Assembly: GCA_965277315.1 (NCBI GenBank)
Contig: OZ255724.1
Span: 819,731-883,730 of the forward strand
Source: Bryobacteraceae bacterium
Lineage (GTDB): Bacteria > Acidobacteriota > Terriglobia > Bryobacterales > Bryobacteraceae
DNA: 64,000 nt
Reading direction: 5' to 3'
Part shown: piece after piece, positions 10,232-20,484 of the stretch
Layout: each line of letters starts with the position of its first letter
Numbering within the stretch: position 1 is the stretch's first letter
The notes under the pieces: model-generated
What the model was told of the DNA's origin: nothing
Seen by the model: only the letters and a program-made list of their open reading frames with translations
The model's database searches: none
Translations under genes and position numbers: made by a program

Positions 10232-11078
10232 TTGACACGAACTCAATCCGGTTCTTCTATGCCTAGACACCGTGAATTGGACACTGCGATTTTCCAACGC
10301 CGCCGTGCTTACCGCGAACTTGCCGAAGAGGTCGAGCAGCATATCGCCGAAAAGATCGAAGAGCTGAAACGAAACGGGATGCCGGCGCAAGATGCGCTTT
10401 ATGCACATTCGCTCCTACCAGTGTGGTTCTTGGTGCTCAATATCGGACCGCTAGCGCACCTGCATGCAGGCGTAACGGTGCGGCAAGCGCAAGCAAGATT
10501 TGCTGCCCTCGATGCCGTAAATAAGAGAGGCAACCGGAGTAATAGCGACATATCTTCTCCCGTACACGCTCAGTTGCTTCAGCAAAAGATGTTCGGAACA
10601 ATCCGCGCGACCTTACTCCTGCTATGGGGTTCCGGCGTTTGCCTCTTGGCCATCGCTTGCGCTAATGTCCGCAGCCTGATGTTGGCCCGCGCAAGCGCAG
10701 GACACCATGAAATTAGCGTCTGTGTAGCGCTGGGAGCAAGCTTGTGGCGCATTGCGCGGCATAGTGATTTATACGGTCGCGCAGCGCACAAAGGAGATCG
10801 GTATTCGGATTGCGCTTGGAGCCGACAGCCAGCGTATCCGCCTACTGGTTTTCCGTCAGAGTTTCTGGCTGTTGCTCTTCGGACTGTCCTGTGGCGTACC
10901 CTTGTCAATGTTGCTGGGACGCTGGTATCAGAGCCTGTTGTTTGAGGTAAACCCGACCGACTCGGCCACCTTTGTAGGCGGAATTCTGGTTCTTTCGGCG
11001 GTAGCGTTTACTGCCAATTATGTTCCCGCCTGCCGCGCCAGCCAGATAAATCCAGTGGTGGTCTTGCGCGCTGAGTAA
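10232..11078 (+). pseudogene. Relic of an ADOP/MacB-type FtsX-domain ABC permease (internally deleted and frameshifted)
   Basis: Two overlapping ORFs in different frames (10232-10945 and 10752-11078). The first has the helical N-terminus typical of the family ('RELAEEVEQHIAEKIEELKRNGMPAQDA') and one FtsX-like TM block ('LLAIACANVRSLMLARASAG..EISVCVALGAS'). The second has a terminal FtsX block ('RTKEIGIRIALGA...NPVVVLRAE'). The total is about 280 aa, whereas I recall about 800-900 aa for intact family members. Confidence 0.7.
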
Positions 11079-11150
11079 ATTTGCCATGGCAGCGGCAAAT
11101 TGTCAGGCTTGTTTTCCGCGGTGCTTTGAGATAATTGCCTGAGAGCACCT

Positions 11151-11555
11151 ATGCCAATGAAGAAGACCGTTACAGCCGGGTTGATCATAGCAGTGTCCAT
11201 GGGATTGAATGCCGCCGCGCAAGACTAGTATCACGAGCGTGAAAACCGCTACCGGGGAAACCAGTGGCGATCCCAAGTGTTCCTACAGGTCAGGACAGAT
11301 TTGGACCATGTTTGGGGCGTCAGGAGAGCGAGCGACAAGGAACGTACACGCCTTGAGAAAACAAAAGAAGAGTTAACCCAGATGCAATCGGACCTTGATC
11401 ACGAACGCTGGGACAACGGCATCCTGAACGATGTTATCGACTCGATCCAGAAATCCGCGAACGACGATCGCGTAGCGCCCCGCGATCGAGAGGTCTTGGC
11501 CGACGACGTAGTCCGGCTTAAGGACTATCAGACCAATCACAACCACTGGCATTAG
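11151..11555 (+). pseudogene. Small secreted protein interrupted by an in-frame TAG (signal peptide at 11151-11225, body at 11229-11555)
   Basis: ATG 11151 encodes 'MPMKKTVTAGLIIAVSMGLNAAAQD', followed by TAG at 11226-11228. The 92-aa ORF listed at 11277 is in the same frame, and the frame stays open from the TAG onward. Confidence 0.5.
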
Positions 11556-11665
11556 CTACGTAGCTAGGCCATCCTAGCTTCTCAGAGTACACTGTCGCTT
11601 ACCGCCTCCCCGCGCCGTTGCGGCGCCGGGTCCACGTCAGTCATTCCCATGCTTCCTCTCTCTTG

Positions 11666-12649
11666 ATGGTAGCTTTATCCGTAGTAATGCAAACCACACT
11701 AGGCATCTTAGAATCGGTTCTGCTGATTCTCGTCATACTTGCGACCCTGGCCGTCCTAACTGCCGCTATCATTCTCATCCTGCGTCTTCTCCGAACAAAG
11801 TCCGGAAGCGAAAAGCACTCCGAGATCGAAGTGAAAATCAACGACCTGGACAAAGGGTTAGCCGAACGTGTCGCAGAAGTTAGACGCCACCTCTTGCCGG
11901 AGAAGGAACGGAAGAAGCAGCCCAAAAAAGATAAGGGAGCAAAGTCCTACGGAAGCACCGTCTTTGTCATCGATTTTCATCCCAGCCTGCGGGCTCACGA
12001 AGTGGATACGCTGCGCAAGGAAATCGACATCATCGTGCAGGCCGCTACGCCAAAAGACGAAGTCGTCGTTCGCATCGATTCTCCCGGCGGCACGGTCAAC
12101 GGATACGGTCACGCTGCCTCCCAACTGCTGCGAGTACACAGTGCCGGCATTCCGCTCACCATCTGCGTAGACGAGATCGCCGCGTCAGGCGGCTATATGT
12201 GCGCAGCCGTAGCGGATAAGATCATCGCGTCCCCATTTGCCTACATCGGGTCTATCGGCGTGGTCGCGGGCATGCCCAACATCGTGGGTCTTATGAATAA
12301 AATCGGCATACGGTATGTGGAATTGACTGCTGGTGAAAACAAACGCACGCTGACGCCCTTCTCGGAACCAACGCCAGAGAAGGAGGCCATCGAAATAGAG
12401 CGCCTGCAAGCCATTCACAGCGCCTTCAAAAACCTGATCAAACAGCGCCGCCCGCATCTCGATATCGACCGCGTCGCCGATGGAAACTATTGGCTGGCCG
12501 TTGATGCGCATAAGCTAGGTTTAGTTGACATCATTCAGACCAGCGATGAATATCTGATCGAGCAGTCCCGGGCAAGCCGCCGCATCCTGAAGATCCATTG
12601 CGAACGCGAGAAAGCCGGAATGATCTCGAGGCTGCTCGACTCGTTATAG
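11666..12649 (+). CDS. sohB: S49-family signal-peptide-peptidase-like protease (SohB-like)
   Basis: An N-terminal TM segment, a charged linker, then an S49/ClpP-like core containing 'IAASGGYMCA' and 'IGSIGVV'. The start may be ATG 11666 or the upstream TTG 11618. Confidence 0.75.
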   Translation: MVALSVVMQTTLGILESVLLILVILATLAVLTAAIILILRLLRTKSGSEKHSEIEVKINDLDKGLAERVAEVRRHLLPEKERKKQPKKDKGAKSYGSTVFVIDFHPSLRAHEVDTLRKEIDIIVQAATPKDEVVVRIDSPGGTVNGYGHAASQLLRVHSAGIPLTICVDEIAASGGYMCAAVADKIIASPFAYIGSIGVVAGMPNIVGLMNKIGIRYVELTAGENKRTLTPFSEPTPEKEAIEIERLQAIHSAFKNLIKQRRPHLDIDRVADGNYWLAVDAHKLGLVDIIQTSDEYLIEQSRASRRILKIHCEREKAGMISRLLDSL

Positions 12650-12678
12650 CGCAAGGCATAATAAACCTTTAGATCCTC

Positions 12679-14415
12679 ATGCTCTGGAGCAAACTTTTCA
12701 TTCCCACATTGCGGGAAACACCGGCCGAAGCCGAAGTCATCAGTCATCAGCTTCTTCTCCGCGCCGGTTACATCCGGCAACTTTCCGCGGGCATTTATAG
12801 CTATCTGTTGTTGGCACAACGATCCTTACTGAAGATTCAGGACATCGTACGCGATGAGATGAATGCGATCGGCGCTCAGGAGATGCTGCTGCCCGCGTTG
12901 AACCCTGCTGAAGTGTGGAAGGAGTCGGGCCGCTGGGAGGTGATGGGAGACAACTTATTCCGCTTGAAGGACCGCTTCGGGCGCGATCTTTGCCTTGGCA
13001 TGACGCACGAGGAAGTGATGACCACCATCGCGCGCGGCGAGCTTCGCAGCTATAAGCAGCTTCCCCAAATCTGGTATCAGATTCAGACAAAGTTTCGCGA
13101 TGAGCCGCGCCCCAAGTCGGGACTTCTCCGTGTGCGCCAGTTCATCATGAAGGACTCGTACACGTTCGATCTGAATGCAGCCGGACTCGACGTAGCGTAT
13201 GGCAAGCATCATGACGCCTACTGCCGCATCTTCGACCGTTGCGGTCTTGACTACATGGTCGCCGAGGCCGATTCGGGTGCTATGGGCGGCAGCCAGTCAC
13301 AAGAGTTCATGGTGGCCTCCGACGCAGGCGAGGACTTCGTCGTGCACTGCAAGAACTGCGGCTACGCAGCGAATTTGGAAAAGGCTGTTTCAAAATACAG
13401 CGCGCCCGTGAACCCCGATCCTGAAGGCGACCTCGATCCCGAGGAGTTCCACACGCCGGGCTTCAAGACCATCGCTGACGTCGCACAGTTCACGAAGCTT
13501 CCGGAAACGTCGCAGATGAAGAGTCTGGTGATGGTCGCCAATGAGAAACCTGTGCTGGTGATGCTGCGAGGCGACCACCAGTTGAGCGAGACAAAACTTA
13601 TGTCCACCCTGGGAGCAACTGAACTGCGTACCGCGTTCGCGCATGAAATCCCACAATGGTTTGGTGCGAATGCCGGTTCGCTGGGACCTGTCGGCGTGAC
13701 GAACATGTGCGTGCTCGCCGATACCGCCCTCGAAGGACGCCGCAACATGATCGCGGGCGCGAATAAGGACGATTACCACCTGAAGAACGTCACCCCCGGA
13801 GAAGATTTCACTCCCGAGTTCTTCGATGTCCGTCAGGTGAGCCGAGGCGATACATGCTCGCAATGCGGCGGCGGTCTCAGCGTGGTAAAAGCGATTGAGC
13901 TTGGGCATATCTTCAAGCTCGGGTACAAATACTCCGAGGCGATGGGGCTGCGTGTTCTAGGCGAAGACGGCAAGGAAGTCACGCCGATCATGGGCTCTTA
14001 CGGAATCGGTATCGAGCGTGTGTTGACCTGCGCCATTGAACTGTTTCACGACAAGGACGGCATCTCACTGCCCACGGCCATCGCGCCCTTCACGGTTGTA
14101 ATCACACCGGTGAATTACGCCGACGCCAAGCAAAAAGAAGCGGCTGATAAACTCTACCGGGAGTGCAAGGAAGCCGGAATTGACGCACTCCTGGACGACC
14201 GTGACGAACGCCCGGGCGTGAAGTTTAAGGATGCCGACTTGATCGGCATTCCCTACCGCATCACGATCGGCAAAAAACTGAGCGACGGAAAAGTTGAGTT
14301 CATTGAGCGCCGCAGCCGCGCCTCGGAAGAAGTTCCCGTAACTGAAACGCTTTCCCACTTGCAAAGCAAGCTCAGCGCAGCGTCTTCAACGCCAAACCAC
14401 GCGCTACCGAAGTAA
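12679..14415 (+). CDS. proS: Proline--tRNA ligase (bacterial type with insertion domain)
   Basis: 578 aa with '[19 protein letters not shown]', '[17 protein letters not shown]' and '[10 protein letters not shown]'. Confidence 0.95.
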   Translation: MLWSKLFIPTLRETPAEAEVISHQLLLRAGYIRQLSAGIYSYLLLAQRSLLKIQDIVRDEMNAIGAQEMLLPALNPAEVWKESGRWEVMGDNLFRLKDRFGRDLCLGMTHEEVMTTIARGELRSYKQLPQIWYQIQTKFRDEPRPKSGLLRVRQFIMKDSYTFDLNAAGLDVAYGKHHDAYCRIFDRCGLDYMVAEADSGAMGGSQSQEFMVASDAGEDFVVHCKNCGYAANLEKAVSKYSAPVNPDPEGDLDPEEFHTPGFKTIADVAQFTKLPETSQMKSLVMVANEKPVLVMLRGDHQLSETKLMSTLGATELRTAFAHEIPQWFGANAGSLGPVGVTNMCVLADTALEGRRNMIAGANKDDYHLKNVTPGEDFTPEFFDVRQVSRGDTCSQCGGGLSVVKAIELGHIFKLGYKYSEAMGLRVLGEDGKEVTPIMGSYGIGIERVLTCAIELFHDKDGISLPTAIAPFTVVITPVNYADAKQKEAADKLYRECKEAGIDALLDDRDERPGVKFKDADLIGIPYRITIGKKLSDGKVEFIERRSRASEEVPVTETLSHLQSKLSAASSTPNHALPK

Positions 14416-15649
14416 ACTCATCGCCGGTGCGGATGCGTTCCGGGCCGAAGCGTGTTTCGAAGATGCGGCGAACCGCTGGCACGAACGATGATCCGCCGGT
14501 CAGAAACACGCGATCGACATCCCTTGCATGCGCGCCTGTCTTGGAGAGCAGCGAGTCAACGGACTGCTCAATAGCGGCCAGTTCTTCCGCAATCCAGTCC
14601 TCGAACTCATCGCGGCGGACCTCTTCTTCCAACTGGAGGTCGCCATCGGAGAAGCGAAAGACGGTCCGCTCGGCATGCGATAGCGTTACCTTCACCCGCT
14701 GCACCGCGCGATGAAGCTGGAAGCCAAGATCGTGCTGCACAAGGTACAACAGTGCATCGATTTTGTCCCGCTCCTCGGCCTGCGCCCGCACGCTTTTCAG
14801 CATGTTCAGGGTCTCTTGCGACCGCAGGAACGAGAGATGATGCCAACGCTCCAGCTTCAGGTAAACCCAACTCGGAACCGGCAGCAGCTTGTGGCCGGAA
14901 CGCAGCATTGATCCGGCTCCCAGCGCGGGCGAGACAAGATGCCGGACAATTTTCGCGTCGAATGCGTCCCCGGCCAGCCCGACGCCTTCATTGCCCAGCA
15001 GGTCGTTCGCGGTCCGGCCCCTCCGCCGAATAGTCGGGCCGACGCGCAGCAAAGAGAAATCGCTAGTACCGCCGCCGAAGTCGCCGATAAGAATCAATTC
15101 GTCATGGTCTAAAGTCGATTCGTAGTGGTAGGCAGCGCCCACGGGCTCGTACTCGAAGGAGACATCTTCAAACCCGGCGATTTGCAACGACTTCTTTAGG
15201 CGCTCCACCGCATAGTCGTCATCGTCAAGCGAATCCGCGCCCACAAAGCGCACCGGACGGCCCACAACCGCGCTGGTGACCGGCACACCGAAATGTTGCT
15301 CGGCTTGTGTGCGGATGTCGCGCAGAATATTTGCAATCAGATCTTCCAACTGCACGCGCCGGCCGAACACTTCGGTCGATTGCAGGCTGCGGCTCGTCAG
15401 AAACGACTTCAATGATTGAACCAGACGACCCGTGTCGTCCGCCTGCAGATAATGATCGATGCCCGCCGGTCCGCTCCAGGATTTCAGGGTCACGCGGCCC
15501 GCTTGCTTGATCTGCTCCAGATATAACAGCGACCGGAACGATTCCGTTACGCCGCCGCTGTGCGGGAAACGCGCAAGTTTGACGTCCCCCTCGGGAGTGG
15601 TAATCGCAAGAGAGCTGTTGGTCGTGCCAAAGTCAAAACCGATGCCCAT
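14372..15649 (-). CDS. Hsp70-family ATPase, nucleotide-binding domain only (YegD-like)
   Basis: 425 aa with actin/Hsp70 phosphate and adenosine motifs 'GFDFGTTNS', '[11 protein letters not shown]' and '[12 protein letters not shown]'. There is no substrate-binding domain. Confidence 0.8.
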   Translation of the reverse strand: MGIGFDFGTTNSSLAITTPEGDVKLARFPHSGGVTESFRSLLYLEQIKQAGRVTLKSWSGPAGIDHYLQADDTGRLVQSLKSFLTSRSLQSTEVFGRRVQLEDLIANILRDIRTQAEQHFGVPVTSAVVGRPVRFVGADSLDDDDYAVERLKKSLQIAGFEDVSFEYEPVGAAYHYESTLDHDELILIGDFGGGTSDFSLLRVGPTIRRRGRTANDLLGNEGVGLAGDAFDAKIVRHLVSPALGAGSMLRSGHKLLPVPSWVYLKLERWHHLSFLRSQETLNMLKSVRAQAEERDKIDALLYLVQHDLGFQLHRAVQRVKVTLSHAERTVFRFSDGDLQLEEEVRRDEFEDWIAEELAAIEQSVDSLLSKTGAHARDVDRVFLTGGSSFVPAVRRIFETRFGPERIRTGDEFTSVARGLALKTLR

Positions 15650-15655
15650 TCCCTG

Positions 15656-16570
15656 CTACAGAATCTTCTTTCCCATCGCGGAGGTGACCAGTTCAACACC
15701 CAACAACGCCGTGCGGTTGGCTGAGTCGAGAACGGGATTCACCTCCACAATTTCCATCGACAACATGCGGCTACAATCGCAAATCGTTTCCATGGCAAGA
15801 TGCGCCTCGCGATACGTCATGCCACCGCGAACGGGCGTCCCCACGCCGGGTGCTTCATCGGGATCGATGGCGTCCATATCCAGCGAAAGATGAAGGCCGC
15901 CGGTGCCCTCGTTCGCAAGCGCAATTGCTTCCTTTATCACGTTGGTCAGACCCCGCTCGTCGATGTCGCGCATTGTGAAGGCCTTCACACCCGATTCGCG
16001 CACCTCCGCGCGTTCGCCGATATCGACATCGCGAATGCCGATCAGGATCACATTCTTCCCCTCCACCTTCGGCGCGTAATCGAACAGATGCGTCAACTCC
16101 CGCGGACCGCGGCCAAGGCAACAAGCAAGTGGCATACCATGAACGTTACCGCTCGGCGAAGAGTCCGGCGTATTCATATCCGCATGAGCGTCAATCCAGA
16201 TAAGCCCAATCTTTTCTCCGTGCCGTCGGAACGCCTGCGAGACGCCAGCAACAGTTCCCACGGCAACCGAATGATCGCCGCCCAATACCAGGGGGAACCC
16301 ACCAGCACCCGCGACGCCCTCGACCGTCTCGGCCAGTTTTAAGCACGTCCTGGCGATCTGTGGGAGATATTTTGCATTTTCCGGGCCCGTGGGAGTGCTC
16401 TCCTGTTGTGCGGCAGAGACGTTGCCCCTATCTTCCACTCGGTAGCCTAGAAAAGCAAGTTTCGCGTTCAGTCCGGCCAGCCGAAGAGCCGACGGGCCCA
16501 TATCCACACCACGGCGTCCCGCGCCCAAGTCGAGAGGCGCGCCAATGATAGAAATTTCAGAGTGACGCAT
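15656..16570 (-). CDS. rocF: Arginase
   Basis: 304 aa with ureohydrolase metal-site motifs 'GGDHS', 'DAHADMN' and 'SLDMDAIDP', plus the arginase-type 'SGNVHGMP'. Confidence 0.88.
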   Translation of the reverse strand: MRHSEISIIGAPLDLGAGRRGVDMGPSALRLAGLNAKLAFLGYRVEDRGNVSAAQQESTPTGPENAKYLPQIARTCLKLAETVEGVAGAGGFPLVLGGDHSVAVGTVAGVSQAFRRHGEKIGLIWIDAHADMNTPDSSPSGNVHGMPLACCLGRGPRELTHLFDYAPKVEGKNVILIGIRDVDIGERAEVRESGVKAFTMRDIDERGLTNVIKEAIALANEGTGGLHLSLDMDAIDPDEAPGVGTPVRGGMTYREAHLAMETICDCSRMLSMEIVEVNPVLDSANRTALLGVELVTSAMGKKIL

Positions 16571-16573
16571 ACG

Positions 16574-17878
16574 CTAGGGCCGCGTCCGATACAGCATGCG
16601 CGGATACGGAATGGTTTCCCGCACGTGTTCCAGGCCGCACATCCAGGCCACAAAGCGCTCTACGCCCATCCCGAAACCACCATGCGGCACGCTGCCAAAA
16701 CGGCGCAAGTCGAGGTACCATTCGAAAGCTTCGCGGGGCAGATTGTGCTCGGCCAACCGCTTTTCAAGCAACGCCAAATCGTGGATGCGCTGGCCGCCGC
16801 CAACAATTTCGCCATAGCCCTCGGGCGCGATAATGTCCACTCCCAGCGCGACCTCCGGCCGCTGTTCATCGGGTTGAAAATAGAACGCCTTGATCTCGGT
16901 GGGGTACCGATCCACGATCACCGGCCGTTCGTCGTCCTGCGTCAGAAGCGTTTCATCAGTGTTGCCAAAGTCGCCGCCCCACTGAATCTCGCTTCCCTTC
17001 CCTTGGAGAATCTCCACGGCTTCGTCATAGCTCATGCGCTTGAACGGAGTCTGTATCGCCTCCAGCTTCGATCGGTCGCGCTCTAATACCTTCAGCTCTT
17101 CCTGTCGGTTCTCAAGCACCCGCCCAACGATGTAAAGGATCAATTCTTCCGCGACACGCTTCACCTCTTCCAGATCCGCGTAAGCCATTTCAGGCTCCAC
17201 CATCCAGAACTCGGTGAGATGACGGCGAGTTTTCGACTTCTCTGCCCGGAAGGTCGGCCCAAAGCAATAGACGTTCCCGAACGCCATGATGTTCGCTTCG
17301 TTATAAAGCTGGCCCGATTGTGTGAGGTAGACCTTCTCGTCTTCGAAGTAATCGACTTGGAACAGCGTGGACGTGCCCTCGCATGCTGACGGCGTGAAAA
17401 TCGGCGTATCGACGAGGGTGAACCCATGTCCGTCGAAGTAATCGCGGATCGACTTAATCACTTCATGGCGAACGCGAATGGCCGCATGCTGGCGTCTGCT
17501 GCGCAGCCAGAGATGGCGGTGGTCCATCAGGAAGTCGACGCCATGTTCTTTGGGCGTGATCGGATAAGGCCGCTCCTCGCTGACGCGCTGAATGATTTCA
17601 GCATCGATCACGTCGAGTTCATAGCCACCGGTCGCACGAGGCTCGGCGCGCACTGTTCCGCTGATGCGCAGGGAGCTTTCTTGGGTCAAACCCTTCAATG
17701 TCTCAAACACGGGCTCCGGCAGATTGGCCTTGACGGCCACGCATTGAATGGACGCGCTGCCGTCACGCACAATCGGGAACACGATCTTGCCGGACTTGCG
17801 GAGGTTATAAAGCCAGCCTTGAATTTGGACGGTCTCGCCCACATGCTTTCCTGCTTCACTGACGCGGATGGGTGTCAT
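16574..17878 (-). CDS. asnS: Asparagine--tRNA ligase
   Basis: 434 aa. An OB-fold N-terminus is followed by a class II core ('[21 protein letters not shown]', '[10 protein letters not shown]'). Its ATG overlaps the stop of the upstream gene (ATGA). Confidence 0.92.
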   Translation of the reverse strand: MTPIRVSEAGKHVGETVQIQGWLYNLRKSGKIVFPIVRDGSASIQCVAVKANLPEPVFETLKGLTQESSLRISGTVRAEPRATGGYELDVIDAEIIQRVSEERPYPITPKEHGVDFLMDHRHLWLRSRRQHAAIRVRHEVIKSIRDYFDGHGFTLVDTPIFTPSACEGTSTLFQVDYFEDEKVYLTQSGQLYNEANIMAFGNVYCFGPTFRAEKSKTRRHLTEFWMVEPEMAYADLEEVKRVAEELILYIVGRVLENRQEELKVLERDRSKLEAIQTPFKRMSYDEAVEILQGKGSEIQWGGDFGNTDETLLTQDDERPVIVDRYPTEIKAFYFQPDEQRPEVALGVDIIAPEGYGEIVGGGQRIHDLALLEKRLAEHNLPREAFEWYLDLRRFGSVPHGGFGMGVERFVAWMCGLEHVRETIPYPRMLYRTRP

Positions 17879-18699
17879 AAATTATTCACCAACTCGCTTG
17901 CGGTGCGTCTTGCCTCTTCGATGGGGTTCTCCAGGCCGGGCTGCTCGCGGAGCTCCAGCACCAGCGGAAATTGGTCCGGCCGGGAAGTGAGCAACCGCAT
18001 TGCCCTTTGCCAATCGATGCTGCCTGCCGGCGGAAAAAGGTGCTGATCCTCTTGCCCGTTGTTGTCGTGGATGTGCGTGGAACGAATTCGATCTTTCATT
18101 GCTTCGAATTCCGCCTCCACGCCTGTGTTCATGTGCGCGTGCCCCACATCGAAACAGTAATTGAGGTTCAAATGAGTCAATTGCAGGAAATAGTTCAGGC
18201 GCTCACCCGAAGACATTTCGTTGGGGGTATTCTCTAGCAACACTTCTACGCCTCGTTGGCCCGCAAACACTTTCAACTCTTCCAGCGACGAAAAGGCCGC
18301 ATCCAGCCGTCGCTCGTCGGAGCTTTGGCCGGTTACGCCTAAGTGCTGAATCAGATAGCGGAACGGGATTAGATCGGCAACTTCCAGTGCGCGCTTGATC
18401 TCGTCCACCATCGTGATGCGCTTTGCCTTCACCGGCTCGGAGATATCGATCACAGATTGCGGGCCGGAGCGTCCCCAGCAATCGTCGTTATACATCGGCG
18501 CGTGAAGCGAATGCAGCTTCAACTCCGAGTCCCGAAACCAATGGCCGAGTTCGGCTAATTGCGCTTGATCATGATAGTCAACATGCTGGCGCGCGCAGAA
18601 GATTTCAATCGAAGGGAAACCGGCGTCCCAAACTCTTTCCAGCCATACTGTAGTGAGCCGGTGCCGGACAAAGAGGTGAGTAGAGAGTACGTGCTGCAT
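17875..18699 (-). CDS. Sugar-phosphate isomerase/epimerase (xylose-isomerase-like TIM barrel)
   Basis: 'FPSIEIF', 'CFDVGHAHM' and 'THIHDN' blocks. I chose the start at ATG 18699 ('[10 protein letters not shown]') because the ORF-track start 18777 overlaps the end of ggt. Confidence 0.7.
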   Translation of the reverse strand: MQHVLSTHLFVRHRLTTVWLERVWDAGFPSIEIFCARQHVDYHDQAQLAELGHWFRDSELKLHSLHAPMYNDDCWGRSGPQSVIDISEPVKAKRITMVDEIKRALEVADLIPFRYLIQHLGVTGQSSDERRLDAAFSSLEELKVFAGQRGVEVLLENTPNEMSSGERLNYFLQLTHLNLNYCFDVGHAHMNTGVEAEFEAMKDRIRSTHIHDNNGQEDQHLFPPAGSIDWQRAMRLLTSRPDQFPLVLELREQPGLENPIEEARRTASELVNNL

Positions 18700-18706
18700 C
18701 AACTTC

Positions 18707-20416
18707 TTAGTATCCGGCAACCTTGCCGTCAAGCTTCGTTTCTGTTCCCCCTTCGAGCGTTCCGTCCTTGTCCACAATAGCTTCCACGCGGGCCACGCCC
18801 TCGGTAGGTTTCAGTTCATATCCCATCTTCTTCAGGGCATCGCAAGTTGGAGTGGGAAAGCCCTTTTCCAGGTAAAGATAGTCGGGCTTCCACTGCTGAT
18901 GGAAGCGCGGAAGATCCACGGCATCCTGCGGATTCATGCCAAAGTCGAGAACATCGAGAATCACCTGCATCACGCCTGTCGTGATACGTGATCCGCCTGG
19001 AGCGCCTACGGCCATGACGAGCTTGTTATCTTTCGTGATGATCGTCGGAGTCATGGAAGAAACAGGACGCTTGCCGGGCTCGATGGAATTCGCGTCTCCG
19101 CCTACCATGCCGAACATATTCGGCGAGCCCGGCTTCGCAACAAAATCGTCCATCTCGTTATTGAGCAGAAATCCAAGACCGGGCACCGTGATACCGTTCC
19201 CGAAACCGCCATTCAGTGTGTAAGTGACGGCGACTGCATTGCCTTCTTTATCAACCACGTTATAGTGCGTGGTCTGGTTGCTTTCCCGCCATCCGATGCT
19301 CGCTTCGTACGCCTTGGGAAGCCCAGGACCGATCATGTCGCTAGGCGTTGCGCGAGAAGGATTGATGCTGTCCACACGTTGAGCAATGTAAGCAGGCGCA
19401 AGAAGGGCCTTGAGGGGCACATTGTAAAAGGCGGGATCGCCCAGGTATTCACTACGGTCCGCATAGAACCGTCGCATCACCTCTGCCTCGTAGTGGATGG
19501 CCTGCACGGAATCCACGCCGGTCGATTGATAATCGGTCCGCGCCAGCATGTACATCATCTGCAGAAGGCCGACTCCTCCCGCGCTTGGCGGCGGAGCAGT
19601 AATCACGTGATAACCCTTGTAGTTGCCCTCTAACGGCTTTCGCTCCTGTACCTTATAGTTCTTGAGATCCGCCAGCGTGATCAGGCCGCCATGCGCCGCC
19701 ATCGCTGCAGCAAGCTTGTGTGCCGTCTCGCCTTCGTAAAATTCTTTCGCTCCGTTTTGCGCAATTCGCTCCAGAGTATTTGCCAAATCGGGCTGTTTGA
19801 ATGTTTGTCCTGGCTGGTAGGGATTCCCGTTGCGCAGAAAAACACGCTGCGACTCCTTGTCGGTTCGAAGGCGGTTATCATTGGCGCTGTTCATGGAAGC
19901 CGCCAGTGTAGGGCTGACCGGGAATCCATCACGGGCCAACTTCACGGCGGGCGCGATCAGTGTGGCCCACGGCTTTGTTCCAAACTTTTGACGGGCGACT
20001 TCAAAGCCGGCCACCGAACCGGGAATGCCGGAAGAGCGCCAACCGCTGATGCTGTCATGGGTGGGCTCGCCATTCGGCCCGAGATACATGTCGCGGGTTG
20101 CTTTTCCGGGAGCCTCTTCACGGAAGTCGAGAAAGGCTGTCCGGCCATCCGCCTGGCGGATGAGCATGAATCCGCCGCCACCGATATTTCCGGCAGAGGG
20201 GTGCGTCACGGCCAATGCAAAGCCAACCGCGACTGCCGCATCGACCGCATTTCCACCCTGTTTTAGAACTGAGAGTCCAACATCGGCGGCGGTGGGTTCT
20301 TGCGCCACCACCATGCCGTGTTTTGCCGTCATCGGCTCCTTCGCCAGCAGGGAATCAACCGGCGCATAGGGCATCATCAACGCCAGAATCGCCGCGAAAA
20401 GCCCGAATCTCTGCAT
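18707..20416 (-). CDS. ggt: Gamma-glutamyltransferase
   Basis: 569 aa with a signal peptide. The autoprocessing and nucleophile block 'NQTTHYNVVD' is present, as is 'GSPGGSRI'-type 'GAPGGSRITTG'. Confidence 0.93.
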   Translation of the reverse strand: MQRFGLFAAILALMMPYAPVDSLLAKEPMTAKHGMVVAQEPTAADVGLSVLKQGGNAVDAAVAVGFALAVTHPSAGNIGGGGFMLIRQADGRTAFLDFREEAPGKATRDMYLGPNGEPTHDSISGWRSSGIPGSVAGFEVARQKFGTKPWATLIAPAVKLARDGFPVSPTLAASMNSANDNRLRTDKESQRVFLRNGNPYQPGQTFKQPDLANTLERIAQNGAKEFYEGETAHKLAAAMAAHGGLITLADLKNYKVQERKPLEGNYKGYHVITAPPPSAGGVGLLQMMYMLARTDYQSTGVDSVQAIHYEAEVMRRFYADRSEYLGDPAFYNVPLKALLAPAYIAQRVDSINPSRATPSDMIGPGLPKAYEASIGWRESNQTTHYNVVDKEGNAVAVTYTLNGGFGNGITVPGLGFLLNNEMDDFVAKPGSPNMFGMVGGDANSIEPGKRPVSSMTPTIITKDNKLVMAVGAPGGSRITTGVMQVILDVLDFGMNPQDAVDLPRFHQQWKPDYLYLEKGFPTPTCDALKKMGYELKPTEGVARVEAIVDKDGTLEGGTETKLDGKVAGY

Positions 20417-20484
20417 ATATGCAAGTCAGTCTAGCAGCTATTCGGGAAAGCGCCGGGCCGGAAGGCTAGACGGCCTAAACTGCT

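Noticed and set aside
9582-10235. 217-aa plus-strand ORF, with several others (8904-9209 and 8938-9297), opposite glyA.
   Set aside because: These are antisense to a highly conserved SHMT frame and show no motifs.
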